A stretch of 64,000 nucleotides of DNA from Catajapyx aquilonaris. Lineage: Eukaryota. Location: contig KZ538028.1 in assembly GCA_000934665.2 (NCBI GenBank), positions 62,001 through 126,000 on the forward strand, written 5' to 3'. Below the pieces are notes generated by a model. It did no database searches. It was given only the letters and a program-made list of their open reading frames with translations, and was not told the DNA's origin. Positions 60,760 through 64,000 of the stretch are shown here, piece by piece; position 1 is the stretch's first letter; every line of letters starts with the position of its first letter. A program made the position numbers and the translations under genes.

Positions 60760-63493
60760 CTCTCCTTCCATGGAGGGAGAGGACACAATACAAATCAAAA
60801 GACAAATTGTATATAGTCATCTGTATNCCCCCCCCCCCCCCCCCACAACATCCCATTTCGGGCATTTAGAGATTTTAGACTTTAAAAAGTGCAGTTTCCT
60901 CAATCACAGTTTATGCGCTCTCGGAGGTGTAGAAGTAAGTATGTTAGGTATCTCGGACAAACATATACCTTTATACTACAAATGTTGCATACTTTTATCA
61001 CAAAATACGAAGTTCAAACCCTTCCACCTGGACTATTTCTTGAACCTTGGAATCGGAAAACAAGCTAAGTCCACTCTGAGTCTCACTGTACGCCAAACGG
61101 GCGCACCAAACTCGGGTGGTAGCTGCACCTGACGAATCCATGACGATACCAGGTGTCACGATACGAATAACGAGTGACGAATGGGAGCGGTGTCTTTGAC
61201 CCCCACCCTCTGGACACCCCCGTGGACTTTGCCTGTTTTCCGATTCCATGGCGAGTTCGAGGCCACGTTGACTCCTCTGAAAATCACATTGATTGTCTCA
61301 CCTGGACCAAACTATGGTACCGGTATTCTTCTTGCGGCGACAACAATTACAGGACACAACAAAAGGAGAGGTCCGTGATTGGCGCCCCCTTTCATCACCC
61401 ACTGTTTACACATGTGGCAGGCAACCTTCAGTTGAGTATATTATACTTATTTTCAAAGGAGATGGGCGTTATGTTCTAAAACCTCAAGAATTAGATGAGT
61501 TTGTTTACACTAATGCAGTTGGTAACCCCAGCCACGCCCAAAACCCTTAGGTTATCTTGTCCCTACCAGCTCTTTGGTCGCCACTTTAGTTTGTGTTATT
61601 TCACGCAATAACAATCGGCCTGAGGTGCGAGAAAGGAAGATTCATTATAATTATGATGGATGGTTATTATGGAATGGAATATAAAATGGTCTTTTGCGGA
61701 AACTATAGCCTACCATCTGCAAATGTCATTACATGGAGATTTTGCAAGCTAGTGGCACAGCAACTTGAACGTTACATTATTATCAGGCTCAACTTGTGGG
61801 TATGACACATGACAGTTATATCCCCATGAAAAACTGATGGTCACAATGTGATGTCGAAACTACCATTACTATACTTGTTGTGTGCTCAGCTTTAGAAGAG
61901 GTTTTATTTTCATAACTACAGTATATCTTTACATAACTTACCCACTTTTATCGCATCATTGTCAGAGTTAATGTGAGTTAACATACTCATCTGTACAACG
62001 AAACCTGGTTTCGGGCGCATTATAGTCACCGCTACGTACACCACAAAAAGCCAAAATAACTGATTAATGTATTACTAGTGCAATATTGCCATGTAACGAC
62101 TATATATATAGAAATAGAATAGCTTACCCTGTGCTATAACCTATAAGGAAAGAAGCATCCATTCAATAAAAACATATAGACCTATTGTGTGATGGGCTAT
62201 AATTATCAAGCAAGGTTACACAAAATAACTGACATAGGCTAATTACTTTACAACCATGTAATAAACTGGAGGGTGTCATAAATCGCATCTTGGAGGCACA
62301 CTGTGTTTAGAAGATTTTTGCTGTGCACTACGTTGACCAAATTTCACTAAACTTTGGAAACTGTGCACCTTTACCAAACGGTAGGCCTATACTTACAAGT
62401 TGGTGGTGGTGAGTTATAGTAACTGACGTAAATAATTTAATCCCCTTTTATAGGCCTTATAGCAATGTTCCACACAGGCCTACGTAAATTATTGTGCTAA
62501 ATGTGAAATGCATGATATGTATAAATTATTCAATTTGTGCAGATTCGGAGAGGCTGCTAAGGACTGAATTCGCCTATATCAGCTGGGTGTGCACATATAC
62601 TCACCATAATTTATCAACTGTGAGAGACCCGAGGGGACAGGTTGATTTTAGTTAGTCTGTAATGGTACACTGTAGTAGGAACTTGAACGTCGAGAGATAA
62701 AGGAAATGTCTACAAGGGGAATGAAACACCTGTGTTTCGTGGGAATATGGAAAGAGTTGGCATATTTCAAAGGATGCACTCATATTTTGACATTAATATT
62801 TCAACATGAAGAGTGCATGGTGTACAATATTGTTGTTTTTTGCAAGTTCCATTTTCACTTAGGGTGCTCTGTTGAGTTTGTTATATCGAGATGCAGATAA
62901 TGAAGATGAGGCTAGGTGTTTACGTGATGGCCATCAAGCTGAGCTGGCCATCCATCCATACATCTGTCTATCCATCCGTCCGTCCATCCATTTGTAGAGG
63001 GGGGCCCAGCGCGGACAAAATAAATGAGCCATTAAGAGTTGCCAAACAACAAGAAAGAAAGAAGAGCGGAAAAGGGAACGAAGCAGGAGAGAATAGGAAC
63101 TTCCTTCCTTGTATACCCACCACCACCGCCCCCGTCATCCTCTCTTCTTTCCATCCCACTAAGTGATGAAACTGCTTTCTCCTCCTCCCACCACCATCGC
63201 CCCCTCCCCCCCTTCTGAAACTCCGGAAAGCTTCCTGGCCCAAACTTTGCTCCTTCCCTTTCTTTTTATTAGTTTTCCTTATTGAATTAACTTATTGGCT
63301 GGAAGAGAGCCGCCTTCCCGCTCTTTTATGTCCCGCCTTCTTCCTCCACCCCCCTCCCCCCCCCCGCCAACCCTCCCATTTCAACCATGGCCTCATCAAT
63401 TAACTCGTCTCATCTCGGCTACAAAAGGCCTAAAATGTCGCAAGCTGAGCTGCCAAGATATCTTAACACCAATACTGCCATCCCAAGAAGAAA

Positions 63494-63602
63494 CCAAAAC
63501 TAGTAAGGGTGAAAGTCGCATGCATGCCTTGCACTAATCCCCCTTGACTCATGAGGGATTAGTGCAAGGCATGCATGCGACTTTCACCCTTACTAGTTTT
63601 GG
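63494..63602. repeat. Perfect 48-bp inverted repeat with 13-nt loop
   Basis: ccaaaactagtaagggtgaaagtcgcatgcatgccttgcactaatccc / gggattagtgcaaggcatgcatgcgactttcacccttactagttttgg. Confidence 0.92.
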
Positions 63603-64000
63603 AGGTGTTTCTCATTGGGACGGCAGGACGTCGCTGACTATTTAAAAAATGGTTGTGTATGTAATTATGTACCAAATTTTTAGGGGCCTTTGACCTGTAA
63701 AGCTGTGGGTGCCATACAGTGATGGTAGCAAATCCACCTGAACCATTTGTCACGTTTAAGGAAAAGTCTTCTTGTTCTTCTCAAAAAGAGCGTCCTTTTT
63801 TTTTCCCCCCCAAGCTTTTTCACCCCACCAACTATTTTTCTCCATTTCTACAAAAGAAAAGCCGCCAATTGGAGACGATGCCAAATCGACACGCCCAATT
63901 AATCCCCCCTCCCTACCCCTCCCGCTTCCATCCTCCGCCTTCCCCTCCGTTGGACTCTGGTGCAATTCCTTCTTTTTAACTTTTGGAAGTGGATACTCTG

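Larger units (their letters stand above)
59229..60916. repeat. ~1.7-kb inverted duplication (palindrome): ~780-bp arms, ~125-bp spacer
   Basis: 59229-~60010 is the reverse complement of ~60135-60916 with a few point differences; each arm carries a U2 gene. Confidence 0.92.

Overview
Eukaryotic (arthropod-like, probably hexapod/pancrustacean; inferred from gene content) genomic DNA with compact spliced genes. Left to right: an Hsp110/Hsc70Cb gene (minus, 8 coding exons, HSE and TATA promoter); a poorly assembled repeat-rich spacer (two G-run/N/C-run gaps, a tandem duplication, a 602-nt poly-T); two tandem alpha-1,3-fucosyltransferase A (GT10) genes; a CYP314A1/shade-like mitochondrial P450; three tRNAs; Rga/CNOT2; V-ATPase subunit E; a mitochondrial glutamate carrier (SLC25A22-like); a TMEM272-like gene plus a partial tandem copy; four more tRNAs; and two U2 snRNA genes in the arms of a ~1.7-kb palindrome. 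Many non-autonomous TIR/foldback elements are present. Most notable: (1) the second TMEM272 copy keeps its frame and splice sites but has lost all three PPxY motifs and both terminal exons; (2) the head-to-head U2 pair is variant in stem-loop I and next to the branch-point pairing region; (3) the shade-like P450 has Pro in place of the I-helix Thr; (4) the duplicated FucTA carries clustered amino-acid changes. Exon boundaries were read by eye from GT/AG sites and frame continuity; gene identities come from remembered family motifs, not database searches.
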